A stretch of DNA of 63,210 nucleotides, filler included, from a bacterium (GTDB lineage: Bacteria > UBP15 > UBA6099 > JAJRTR01), in assembly GCA_024278215.1 (NCBI GenBank). It is 3 parts of 3 records of this genome, joined end to end, with 100 filler letters (N's around TTAATTAATTAA, not from the genome) between each part and the next. Parts side by side here need not be neighbours in the genome. Positions count along the whole stretch, not along the records: positions 1 to 30,070 come from JAJRTR010000100.1; 2 more parts are not named here. One strand, 5' to 3'. Shown here in pieces: positions 11,711 through 20,126 of this stretch. The stretch's first letter is position 1. Each line of letters starts with the position of its first letter. The position numbers and the translations under genes were made by a program. The notes beneath the pieces are model-generated. The model was not told the origin of the DNA. It did no database searches and saw nothing but the letters and a program-made list of their open reading frames with translations.

Positions 11711-11920
11711 ATGGCTTATGTGAAAATCAACAAAGACAGGTGCAAGGGCTGCGGCCTGTGCATACAGAACTGCAAGCTGGCGCTGCTTGTTATTGTCGAG
11801 GACGAACTGAACGTGCTGGGCTATCACCCGGTGGGTTTTGTCGACGGTGAGGGCGAGTGCAAGGGCTGCAAATTCTGTGCGGAGACATGCCCCGACTGCG
11901 CTATAGAAGTTTACAAATGA
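11711..11920 (+). CDS. 2-oxoacid:ferredoxin oxidoreductase delta subunit (2x[4Fe-4S] ferredoxin)
   Basis: Two CxxCxxCxxxC motifs; first gene of the operon. Confidence 0.92.
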   Translation: MAYVKINKDRCKGCGLCIQNCKLALLVIVEDELNVLGYHPVGFVDGEGECKGCKFCAETCPDCAIEVYK

Positions 11921-11977
11921 CACACCACCCTGCCATGCGTGGCGCGGCGGGTGAGACCTTTTTTTGGACCAGTGACC

Positions 11978-13033
11978 ATGGAAAGAAGAATGATGAAAGG
12001 CGCGGAGGCGATAGCGGAAGGTGCGATTCATGCCGGTTGCCGTTTTTATTTCGGCTACCCGATCACCCCGCAGAACGATATACCGGAATACCTCTCGAGA
12101 GAACTGCCGAAAGTGGGCGGCACGTTTCTGCAGGCGGAAAGCGAAGTGGCGTCTATCAACATGCTGCTGGGCGCGTCCGCGGCGGGAGCGCGTGTGATGA
12201 CATCGTCGTCCGGTCCCGGCATTTCGCTCAAGCAGGAGGGCATCTCGTACCTTGCGGGCTCGGAGCTGCCCGGTGTGATAGCCTATGTGTCGCGCATCGG
12301 CCCCGGCCTCGGCGGTATCGCCGCCACACAGGGCGACTACAAGCAGGTGACCGCGGGCGGCGGACACGGTGATTACTATACTATCGCCCTGGCGCCTTCG
12401 TCTGTACAGGAGATGTTTTCGCTCACAAAACTGGCTTTCGATCTCTCCGACAAGTACCGAAACCCTGCTATCGTACTGGCCGACGCGATCCTGGGCCAGA
12501 TGAAAGAACCTGTCGAGATCGGCGAGCGGCCCGCGCTCGAAGATATCGAGATGCCCGAAAAACCATGGGCGCTCACAGGTGCCGAAGGACGCGACGCGCA
12601 ACTCGTGAAATCCCTCTTTCTGGGCGACGGCGAGATGGAAGTGCAAAACTGGAAACTTTACGACAAGTATGAAAAACTGAAAAAAGAAGACACATATTAC
12701 GAAGAACTGCAACTTGAGGACGCAAGGCTGATGATCGTCAGCTTCGGATCGTGCTCGCGCATGGTGCTCAGCGGCATCGAGATGGCGCGCGCGGAGGGAC
12801 TCAAGGTCGGACTGCTCAGGCCGATTTCCATCTATCCATTCCCGGAAGAAGCCGTCCGAAAAGCGTCGGAAGCGATAAATAAAGTCCTCGTGATCGAGAT
12901 GAACACTGGCCAGATGGTCAAGGACGTGAAGGTGTCGGTAGACCGCGCGGCGGACGTGCATTTCTATGGCCGCCCCGGCGGCGGGCTCCCCACACCGGAC
13001 GACATACTTGCGGAAATAAAAAAGGTATATTGA
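11978..13033 (+). CDS. vorB: 2-oxoacid:ferredoxin oxidoreductase alpha subunit (VorB-like, 3-methyl-2-oxobutanoate dehydrogenase family)
   Basis: [38 protein letters not shown]; start set at ATG 11978. Confidence 0.9.
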   Translation: MERRMMKGAEAIAEGAIHAGCRFYFGYPITPQNDIPEYLSRELPKVGGTFLQAESEVASINMLLGASAAGARVMTSSSGPGISLKQEGISYLAGSELPGVIAYVSRIGPGLGGIAATQGDYKQVTAGGGHGDYYTIALAPSSVQEMFSLTKLAFDLSDKYRNPAIVLADAILGQMKEPVEIGERPALEDIEMPEKPWALTGAEGRDAQLVKSLFLGDGEMEVQNWKLYDKYEKLKKEDTYYEELQLEDARLMIVSFGSCSRMVLSGIEMARAEGLKVGLLRPISIYPFPEEAVRKASEAINKVLVIEMNTGQMVKDVKVSVDRAADVHFYGRPGGGLPTPDDILAEIKKVY

Positions 13034-13034
13034 T

Positions 13035-13811
13035 ATGACAACAGAGGCAAAAGACAAACCGAAAAAAGTGTACGGCAGACCGGAATCGCTCAAGGATGTC
13101 GGATTCCACTTCTGCCCCGGCTGCAACCACGGCAACGTGCATAAGATGGTGGCCGAAGCCATCGACGAGTTCGGCGTGCGCGAGAAAACCATCGGCGTGG
13201 CCGGTGTCGGTTGCGGCGTGTTTCTTTACAACTACATTGACATCGACGTGCTGGAAGCGCCTCATGGCCGCGCCTGCGCGGAGGCGACAGGCGTCAGCCG
13301 CGTGCATCCCGACCATGTCGTGTTCACATACCAGGGCGACGGCGACCTCGCCGCAATCGGCATCGCGGAAACCATCCACGCAGCCAACCGCGGCGAACAC
13401 ATCACCGTGCTTTTTGTCAACAACACGGTATATGGGATGACAGGCGGCCAGATGGCGCCGACAACACTGCTGGGCCAGAAGACGACAACATCGCCCTATG
13501 GACGCGAGTTCATGGGCGAGGGCTACCCGATAAAAATGGCGGAGATGCTCGCCACGCTCGAAGGCACGGCATTCGTAGCGCGTGTCGCGTGCAATACCCC
13601 GAAAAATATCATGGCCGCCAAACGCGCGATCAAGAAAGCGTTCAAGATGCAGATCGACAAGATGGGCTTCACCTTCGTCGAGATACTCTCGGCATGTCCC
13701 ACCAACTGGGGCATGGACGCCGTCACTGCGAATAAGCGCGTGGAAGAAGAAATGATACCATATTTCCCGCTGGGTATTCTCAAAGAACGCACCACCGCCG
13801 ACTATCTGTAA
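13035..13811 (+). CDS. 2-oxoacid:ferredoxin oxidoreductase beta subunit (TPP-binding)
   Basis: [36 protein letters not shown]. Confidence 0.93.
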   Translation: MTTEAKDKPKKVYGRPESLKDVGFHFCPGCNHGNVHKMVAEAIDEFGVREKTIGVAGVGCGVFLYNYIDIDVLEAPHGRACAEATGVSRVHPDHVVFTYQGDGDLAAIGIAETIHAANRGEHITVLFVNNTVYGMTGGQMAPTTLLGQKTTTSPYGREFMGEGYPIKMAEMLATLEGTAFVARVACNTPKNIMAAKRAIKKAFKMQIDKMGFTFVEILSACPTNWGMDAVTANKRVEEEMIPYFPLGILKERTTADYL

Positions 13812-13826
13812 GAGAGGGAACGGGCA

Positions 13827-14375
13827 ATGTACCACGATGTGATAATGGCAGGATTCGGAGGGCAGGGCATATTGCTGATAGGCGACATGCTGGCCCAGGC
13901 CGGAATGATAATGGGACTGAACGTGACATGGATGCCGTCCTACGGCGTAGAGATGCGCGGCGGCACGGCCAACACAACGGTTGTCGTCTCAGACAAACGC
14001 ATCGGTTCGCCGATTACCGGCAGACCCTTCAGCGTCATCGCCATGAACGGCCCGTCTCTGGAAAAGTTCAACACTTGGGTGCGCCCGGAAGGCCTTATTA
14101 TTGCCAACACTTCAATGGCGGACAAGTCGATCGTAAAGCGCGACGACGTGGACGCCGTCTTCATGCCCTGCCTGGAACTCGCCGTGGAAGTGGGCGCGGA
14201 CCGTGCCGCAAGCATGACCGCACTCGGCGCTTACGTCGAAAAAACCGGCGTCGTCACCATCGACGCGCTCGGCAAGGCTCTCGAGTCCTACCTCACCGGC
14301 AAAAAAGCTAAGTTCATCCCCATGAACAAAGCCGCCATCGAACGTGGCGCACTGTTCGCGCGCGAAGGCAAATAG
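13827..14375 (+). CDS. 2-oxoacid:ferredoxin oxidoreductase gamma subunit
   Basis: AGFGGQGIL, PSYG.EMRGGTAN motifs. Confidence 0.93.
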   Translation: MYHDVIMAGFGGQGILLIGDMLAQAGMIMGLNVTWMPSYGVEMRGGTANTTVVVSDKRIGSPITGRPFSVIAMNGPSLEKFNTWVRPEGLIIANTSMADKSIVKRDDVDAVFMPCLELAVEVGADRAASMTALGAYVEKTGVVTIDALGKALESYLTGKKAKFIPMNKAAIERGALFAREGK

Positions 14376-14497
14376 CAACCGAACCCGCGAAAATGCGCGA
14401 GATTTCATTCTGCAACCGTATTTAAGTGCAATGTGTCGGGCCTGGTCGAGTCAAGTACATACCCACCATAAGCGTTATACCGTCGCTATCGCGCAAC

Positions 14498-14678
14498 TAT
14501 CCTGCATATTTCACCAATGCGGGCTCAAAATCAGGAGAATGCCTGTAATACAAGGCGCGGCAAGTGAGTGGTGCGGGAGCATACTGTTAGTATGCGACCG
14601 ATCCCGAATCGCCGCCGCAACGCAGTAGAATAGGCGTTATCCCGATTTTCCGGATTTCTTTGTGAGGAATCCGGGCTA
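14498..14678 (+). mobile_element. MITE family B (ERIC-like), full-length, TA-flanked
   Basis: TA-TCCTGCATATTTCACCAA ... TTTGTGAGGAATCCGGGC-TA imperfect TIRs; complete core CAAGGCG...CAACGCAG at 14551-14625. Confidence 0.88.
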
Positions 14679-15993
14679 TCCTGAAAAGTCCGCATGTATA
14701 AGAAATTACGGGGTCCCCGGAGCCGCGCTCTATGGATACACCCCGCACGAGAGGACCGACATTGTATCTTTCTATCCGCCTGCCGGTTCGCGTGTCGAGC
14801 ACATCGACGGACCCGTCGAAATAGTTGCCGCACACGAGTTTGCCGCGTGCCGTATCGAGCGCAATGTCGCGCACTCCATAGCCTGCTTTCAATTGCCGCA
14901 CGATCACCATTTTTTCTATATCGACAACGGCAACGCGGCCACTGAGCGGACGCGAGACGTAAGCCAGACCTGCGGAGCTGTCCACACGGACATTAAACGC
15001 GGAAGGTGGAAGCAGGAGTTTGCTTACCGCGCCGCCGCGGAGGTCGACACGGTGCAGATACAGTCCGGCCCAGTCGGAAACGAGAGCATAGCCGCGTTTT
15101 TGATCGACAGCCACCGAATATGCGACCCCCGCGCCCAGCGGAATCCGGCGTTTCAGGCTGTAGTCTTCGCCCGACATCACAAAAAGTTCGTGCTTCATTT
15201 CGCCTGTGAGCGCCACGTCTCCGGTTTTATACTCCACGTCCGCCCCGATCAGCCCCCGTGCTCCGGGCACCCCGGCATAAGTTGTAATCTCGAAAGGTCT
15301 CAGCGTTGCGACAGCCACGAGATTCGTGCCGCGAAGCGGGAAGTAAACCCTGTTTCGGCGCGGGTCCGCCGCTATCTGCTGGGGATTGCCGCGCACTTTG
15401 TAATAGTCGGCCCTGCCTGCGCAGTCGACGACCCCGATTTTCCTTTCCATACTGTAACACGCGATCACCGGACAACCGCCGGGAGCGACATAAATGCCAT
15501 AAGCGTTTTTATGCGAAGGAAGTCTTTGAAGCGAAAAATCCGCCTGCCCCGCGATGCTGCCCCGCGCCTCGCAACGGTTGAATCCCGCGTCGCCTCTCAA
15601 AGGCACTGATACGGCGAATCCAGCCGTGACCGACAGTATCGTCAACCATCGAAAAACCGGCCACCACCGCCTCTTCATAAACAGTAAGACACATGACGGC
15701 AGAACCACTGCCGCGAAAGCAACTGCTATCGTCCACGGTCTGTAAAGATAACCACCCGCGCCGAACGGAATGTTGATGATGCACAGAGCGAAAAGCATTT
15801 CGCAAACTGCCCGCCACGGCCTGCGCCCGTAAGCAAAAAACACAACCCCCGCCACAACCAGCGGCACACCGAGCGCAACCCAGCGAGGCACAAAGTAGCT
15901 GAATGCCGCCAGTGCGGCATGTAAAGCGATCACTGCCGTGAGCAGCAGTGTACCGATGATGCGCAGTTTGCCGATGGTTTTATTTTCCTTCAT
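14587..15993 (-). CDS. Membrane-anchored YncE/YVTN-like beta-propeller protein; C-terminus encoded by MITE B
   Basis: Several N-terminal TM helices followed by propeller-like repeats (G.GVRDIALD, V.VLD..TG, VGPLVRGVSI). Confidence 0.75.
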   Translation of the reverse strand: MKENKTIGKLRIIGTLLLTAVIALHAALAAFSYFVPRWVALGVPLVVAGVVFFAYGRRPWRAVCEMLFALCIINIPFGAGGYLYRPWTIAVAFAAVVLPSCVLLFMKRRWWPVFRWLTILSVTAGFAVSVPLRGDAGFNRCEARGSIAGQADFSLQRLPSHKNAYGIYVAPGGCPVIACYSMERKIGVVDCAGRADYYKVRGNPQQIAADPRRNRVYFPLRGTNLVAVATLRPFEITTYAGVPGARGLIGADVEYKTGDVALTGEMKHELFVMSGEDYSLKRRIPLGAGVAYSVAVDQKRGYALVSDWAGLYLHRVDLRGGAVSKLLLPPSAFNVRVDSSAGLAYVSRPLSGRVAVVDIEKMVIVRQLKAGYGVRDIALDTARGKLVCGNYFDGSVDVLDTRTGRRIERYNVGPLVRGVSIERGSGDPVISYTCGLFRIARIPHKEIRKIGITPILLRCGGDSGSVAY

Positions 15994-16107
15994 TACCAGT
16001 GCCTTTTCAAATATTATATGGTTGTGTGCTGTTCCTCATTAACTGTTTGAGATATTCTATGAATCGATTACACACATGTCCAAAACAAATAATACTCATA
16101 GCCTTGT

Positions 16108-16285
16108 GAGCCAATTGCAAAATTATGTTCATAGCGAGGTCGAGCGAAATTGTTCAGAGCAAGGCGGAGGTATAAAATCCTCGCAGGCGTACTTGTAGAG
16201 TACGTCGAGGACGATTTTGCGCCGACAACACAGCTATCGACAATAGCAGCCGATCGCAGCAGAATCAGAATTTTGCAATTGGCTC
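16108..16285 (+). mobile_element. MITE family A, full-length, TSD TTGT
   Basis: Perfect 17-bp TIRs GAGCCAATTGCAAAATT/AATTTTGCAATTGGCTC flanked by TTGT on both sides. Confidence 0.92.
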
Positions 16286-16595
16286 TTGTGTTAATAACTG
16301 AACTTCTGCGTTTTCTATAGAAGGCAGTACCATGTCAAGAAAGAAAAGATGTAAGATGGGGTGTAAAAACTTCCAGCGACATTACAAGCCTGACGTGACA
16401 GTAGTAGTATTTCTGGAGATACGATCCGGAATTGAGATGCAAATTCAAGTCATGTCCCTCAAATCCTCACTTGATTTTGAAAAACGCACAAGTCAAGTTA
16501 ATGATAGAAATAAGGACGGTATAGTGTGAAAAGGCGTTTTTACATTAGAATAGTTGTGTGTTTGTTCGACATTGTTTTTTAAAAGCGGCGGTTTT

Positions 16596-18455
16596 GTGGA
16601 AAAGACAGAAGAAATAACGGTTGAGTTTCCAGGTTGCGGGAAGAGTGTGCGTGTACGTGCGGGCGGCACGGCGTTCCGGGCGCTGGCGAAGGCCGGTGTC
16701 GGGATTCAGGCGGAATGCGGCGGCAGGGGCAAGTGTGGGAAATGTAGAATTCGCGTCGAGGGTGTGGCCGACCCGCTTACCGAACTGGAGAAGGCCCTGC
16801 TTTCCGCTGAAGATGCGGATTCCGGTGTGCGGCTCGCGTGCCTGTGCAAACTTTGGTCGGATTCGACAATCTCTGTGGAAACGCCTTCTGCAAACCTTGA
16901 TATTGCTGATTACCCTTTTGTTTTCAGAGCCGCGCCGGGTTTCGTTGTCGATAGCGCTTTGAAGGCAATAGGTCTCGACCTCACACCGCCCGGCGGGCAG
17001 GACAGACGTGCCGACCTTAGAAGAATTACAGATGCCCTGCCCTGCCCTGCGACGGGATCACTGTCGCGCCGGTCTCTTTCGGCACTTGCGGAAATTATAA
17101 GAAAAAACGACTTCAAAGTGACTTCTTATGTCGATGCCGGAAGGCTTTTGGAAGTAACTTCCGAAACGGCGGCAGGCGGTCCGTTCGGCGCGGGGATAGA
17201 TGTCGGCACTACTTCGATCTGCGTTTCTATCGCTGATCTATCGACCGGAGAGATCGTTGCTTCCGCCATGTCGATGAATCCACAGCGAATGTACGGCGCG
17301 GATGTGGCTTCGCGAATAAATTTTGCTAAAACGGAACGGAACGGACTGGAAAAACTCAGAAGGCTTGTCATAGACAAGGTGCAATCGTTAATAGAGTATG
17401 CCGCAGCCGGGGCGGGCATCGGTCCCGATGAAATAAGAAAGCTTACGCTGGTGGGGAATCCGACGATGACGCACATTTTTCTTGGTGTTGATCCCGCCTG
17501 GATCGCACCGGCGCCCTATATCGCACCGACGACGACGCTGCTTGATTTTCGTGCGTCCGACATCGGAATAAAAATCGGCGGCGGCGCGCGACTCAGCATT
17601 CTGCCCGCGGCGGCGGCATATATCGGAGCCGACGCACTTGCCGCCGGTCTCAGAATGAGGCTGCACGAAAGCGGCGCGACACGGCTGCTGATAGACCTGG
17701 GAACAAACGCCGAGATACTGCTTTCCATCGGCGATACAATATATGCGTGTTCGGCCGCCGCAGGCCCGGCGCTCGAGGGGGCGCATATAAAATGTGGAAT
17801 AACCGCGCGGTCGGGCGCAATTTCAGAAGTGCTCATCGACGATACAGTCCATATAAAAACAATCGACAACGCCCCTCCTGCCGGTCTATGCGGCACAGGG
17901 CTACTCGACTCGATCGCCGGTTTGCTCGAAAAAGGCATCATAAACCCATCGGGCAGGCTCGGCTCGGAGATACCGGACCACCTGCCTGTCGAGTTGACAG
18001 ACAGGCTCATCCCCGCCGGCCCGGACACGGAATACACGCTGACCGCCTCGGACAGCAGTTCCACAGGCAACGCAATCGTTTTGACCCAGAAGGATGTTCG
18101 TGAAGTGCAACTCGCAAAGGGGGCGATAAGAGCCGGTGTCGAATTCCTTCTCGAAGAAGCAAACCTATCGCTCGACAACATTGACAAAGTGTATCTTGCC
18201 GGCGCGCTGGGTACCCATCTGCGGCCCGGGAGTGTGCTGCGCGTCGGACTGCTCCCGCCTGTCGCTCCGGAAAAGATTTCTTTCGTCGGCAATGCCGCAC
18301 TCGACGGCGCGCTCGAAGCACTTCTTTCCGAAGACATTCTCCGCGCCGCCGAAGCCTTCGCTGATAAGATACACTACATCGAATTATCCGCCCTGAAATC
18401 ATTCACCGACAGATTTGTTGAATCCATGAGATTCTCAACAGGCGTCGGGACATAA
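16596..18455 (+). CDS. ASKHA-family reductive activator of corrinoid proteins (RACo/DUF4445) with N-terminal [2Fe-2S] domain
   Basis: CGGRGKCGKC...RLAC, GIDVGTTS, NPQ..YGADV.SRI, DLGTNAEI, AAGPALEG, QLAKGAI; GTG start assumed. Confidence 0.9.
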   Translation: MEKTEEITVEFPGCGKSVRVRAGGTAFRALAKAGVGIQAECGGRGKCGKCRIRVEGVADPLTELEKALLSAEDADSGVRLACLCKLWSDSTISVETPSANLDIADYPFVFRAAPGFVVDSALKAIGLDLTPPGGQDRRADLRRITDALPCPATGSLSRRSLSALAEIIRKNDFKVTSYVDAGRLLEVTSETAAGGPFGAGIDVGTTSICVSIADLSTGEIVASAMSMNPQRMYGADVASRINFAKTERNGLEKLRRLVIDKVQSLIEYAAAGAGIGPDEIRKLTLVGNPTMTHIFLGVDPAWIAPAPYIAPTTTLLDFRASDIGIKIGGGARLSILPAAAAYIGADALAAGLRMRLHESGATRLLIDLGTNAEILLSIGDTIYACSAAAGPALEGAHIKCGITARSGAISEVLIDDTVHIKTIDNAPPAGLCGTGLLDSIAGLLEKGIINPSGRLGSEIPDHLPVELTDRLIPAGPDTEYTLTASDSSSTGNAIVLTQKDVREVQLAKGAIRAGVEFLLEEANLSLDNIDKVYLAGALGTHLRPGSVLRVGLLPPVAPEKISFVGNAALDGALEALLSEDILRAAEAFADKIHYIELSALKSFTDRFVESMRFSTGVGT

Positions 18456-18494
18456 ACAAAGTCCCTGTGTTTTCATCCAGGCTATAATATAATA

Positions 18495-18673
18495 GAGCCA
18501 ATTGCAAAATTCTGATTCGGCTACGGTCGGCTGCGATTGTCAACAGCAGCGTTGTCGGCACAAAATCTTCCTCAACGTACTCGGCGAGTACGCCTGCGGG
18601 GATTTTGCACCTCCGCCCTGTTTCTGCAAAATTTCGTTCGACCTCGCATCGAACATAATTTTGCAATTGGCTC
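18495..18673 (-). mobile_element. MITE family A, full-length, reverse orientation
   Basis: Both TIRs intact; flanks AATA/AGTA (3 of 4 match). Confidence 0.9.
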
Positions 18674-18694
18674 AGTAGAATGAAGATAACACTT

Positions 18695-18724
18695 TAGCCC
18701 GGATTTCCCGGTGAGAGATCCGGA
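18695..18724. repeat. Solo family-B right-end palindrome
   Basis: TAGCCCGGATTTC...GAGATCCGGA resembles the CCGGATTTCT/AGAAATCCGG end hairpin of family B. Confidence 0.5.
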
Positions 18725-18780
18725 GCGTCTCGATTCCTTGATGATAAATATCGACAACATGACATCGGAGCACTAATATC

Positions 18781-19596
18781 ATGAGTGAGATAGATTTCAA
18801 ATTCGAATACGAAGCCGTGGGAAAATGTCCGCTGTGCAGGTCCGGCAACAGGGCGGAGCACCTCAGTGTTCCGATGCCGCTGGGCGGGACAGGAAAGTTT
18901 ATGCTATGCGCGGACTGCGAGCTTGTCTATCTCGACCCCGCGCCGACAGGCAGGTCGCTCAGGGAATTCTATGAACGTGTTTACACGACTGAAGAATACC
19001 GCAAGCTGGAAGGATTCAGAATACCCGACCCTGCCGATGAAATGGTGATTACATATATCGAAACAGAGAAAAAGTTCAACTTTATCGAGGACCACACCCG
19101 GCCTCCGGGCAGGTATCTCGACATCGGCTGCGCTTACGGCAACATGCTTCTCGAGGGTGGCGCGCGCGGCTGGGATGCCGTCGGAATAGAACCCTTTTCC
19201 ACCGCCGTAAATTTTTGCCGTGAAAAGCTGGGGCTTCATGTCGAACAATGCGGAATCCTTGACTCGGGCCTGCCCCGCGCAAGCCTCGACCTGATCACTA
19301 TGTATGAAGTTATCGAACATGTCGAGAAGCCGGTGCAGGTGATGAGACATGTGGCGAAACTCGCGAAGCCGGGAGCAACACTTGTGATGACGACCCCTAA
19401 TCCGCTAAGTCCGCTCGTCCGGATAATCAATGAAAACTGGATAGGCTGGAAGCCCCCGACACACCTGTGCCTTTTTTCCTACGACTCACTGCGCTATCTG
19501 CTGAAACGCACTGGCTGGGAACCTGTCCGCCTCAAAGCATCCGGTACTTATCCCGGCCAACTGCTTGCAGTAGCGAAACGCGCGGGGGCTTCATGA
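18781..19596 (+). CDS. Class I SAM-dependent methyltransferase with N-terminal Zn ribbon
   Basis: CPLC...CADC, LDIGCAYG, EVIEHV, TTPN motifs. Confidence 0.88.
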   Translation: MSEIDFKFEYEAVGKCPLCRSGNRAEHLSVPMPLGGTGKFMLCADCELVYLDPAPTGRSLREFYERVYTTEEYRKLEGFRIPDPADEMVITYIETEKKFNFIEDHTRPPGRYLDIGCAYGNMLLEGGARGWDAVGIEPFSTAVNFCREKLGLHVEQCGILDSGLPRASLDLITMYEVIEHVEKPVQVMRHVAKLAKPGATLVMTTPNPLSPLVRIINENWIGWKPPTHLCLFSYDSLRYLLKRTGWEPVRLKASGTYPGQLLAVAKRAGAS

Positions 19597-20043
19597 CTTC
19601 AGCCGTTCCGGTGTTTCGAGAATGATTGTAACAGGGCCGTCGTTCTCGGCGACGATATTCATCATCGCACCGAAAACACCTGTCTGTACATCAAGTTTAT
19701 CCGCCGCCCTCTCGCAGAAGGTTTTGTACATTCTTTTCGCTTCTTCCGCAGAAGCAGCTTTCATGAAATTCGGTCTGTTGCCCCTGCGGCAGTCCCCGAG
19801 CAGCGTGAATTGCGATATCACGAGCGCCTCGAATCCACGATCGAGCGCCGACAGGTTCATCCTGCCCGCATCGTCCTGAAATATCCTCAGGTTTATTATC
19901 TTCTTCAGCATCCAGTTCAACTCCGCCTCACTGTCGCCCTCTTCAACGCCCAGGAACACCAGCAACCCCTCTCCTATGCGGCCTTTTTCTTCTCCGCCCA
20001 CTGAAACCGATGCTGCTTTCACTCTCTGCACAACTGCTTTCAT
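19591..20043 (-). CDS. dtd: D-aminoacyl-tRNA deacylase
   Basis: MKAVVQRV, SQFTL, G.FGAMM, NDGPVTI. Confidence 0.95.
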   Translation of the reverse strand: MKAVVQRVKAASVSVGGEEKGRIGEGLLVFLGVEEGDSEAELNWMLKKIINLRIFQDDAGRMNLSALDRGFEALVISQFTLLGDCRRGNRPNFMKAASAEEAKRMYKTFCERAADKLDVQTGVFGAMMNIVAENDGPVTIILETPERLKS

Positions 20044-20126
20044 CTTTGTTCCTGCCTCTTCAATCACTCATTTCTTTATTTCGAATAATCCTCGGAATAA
20101 TCCCAGCAGGGCGGCTAAGAGTGTTA

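Noticed and set aside
11918-11965. TGA plus hairpin as a selenocysteine/SECIS signal
   Set aside because: The ferredoxin subunit is complete at AIEVYK, and the next gene is in a different frame.
16108-18673. Composite transposon carrying the RACo gene
   Set aside because: The outer flanks (TTGT vs AGTA) do not match and each MITE has its own target duplication.
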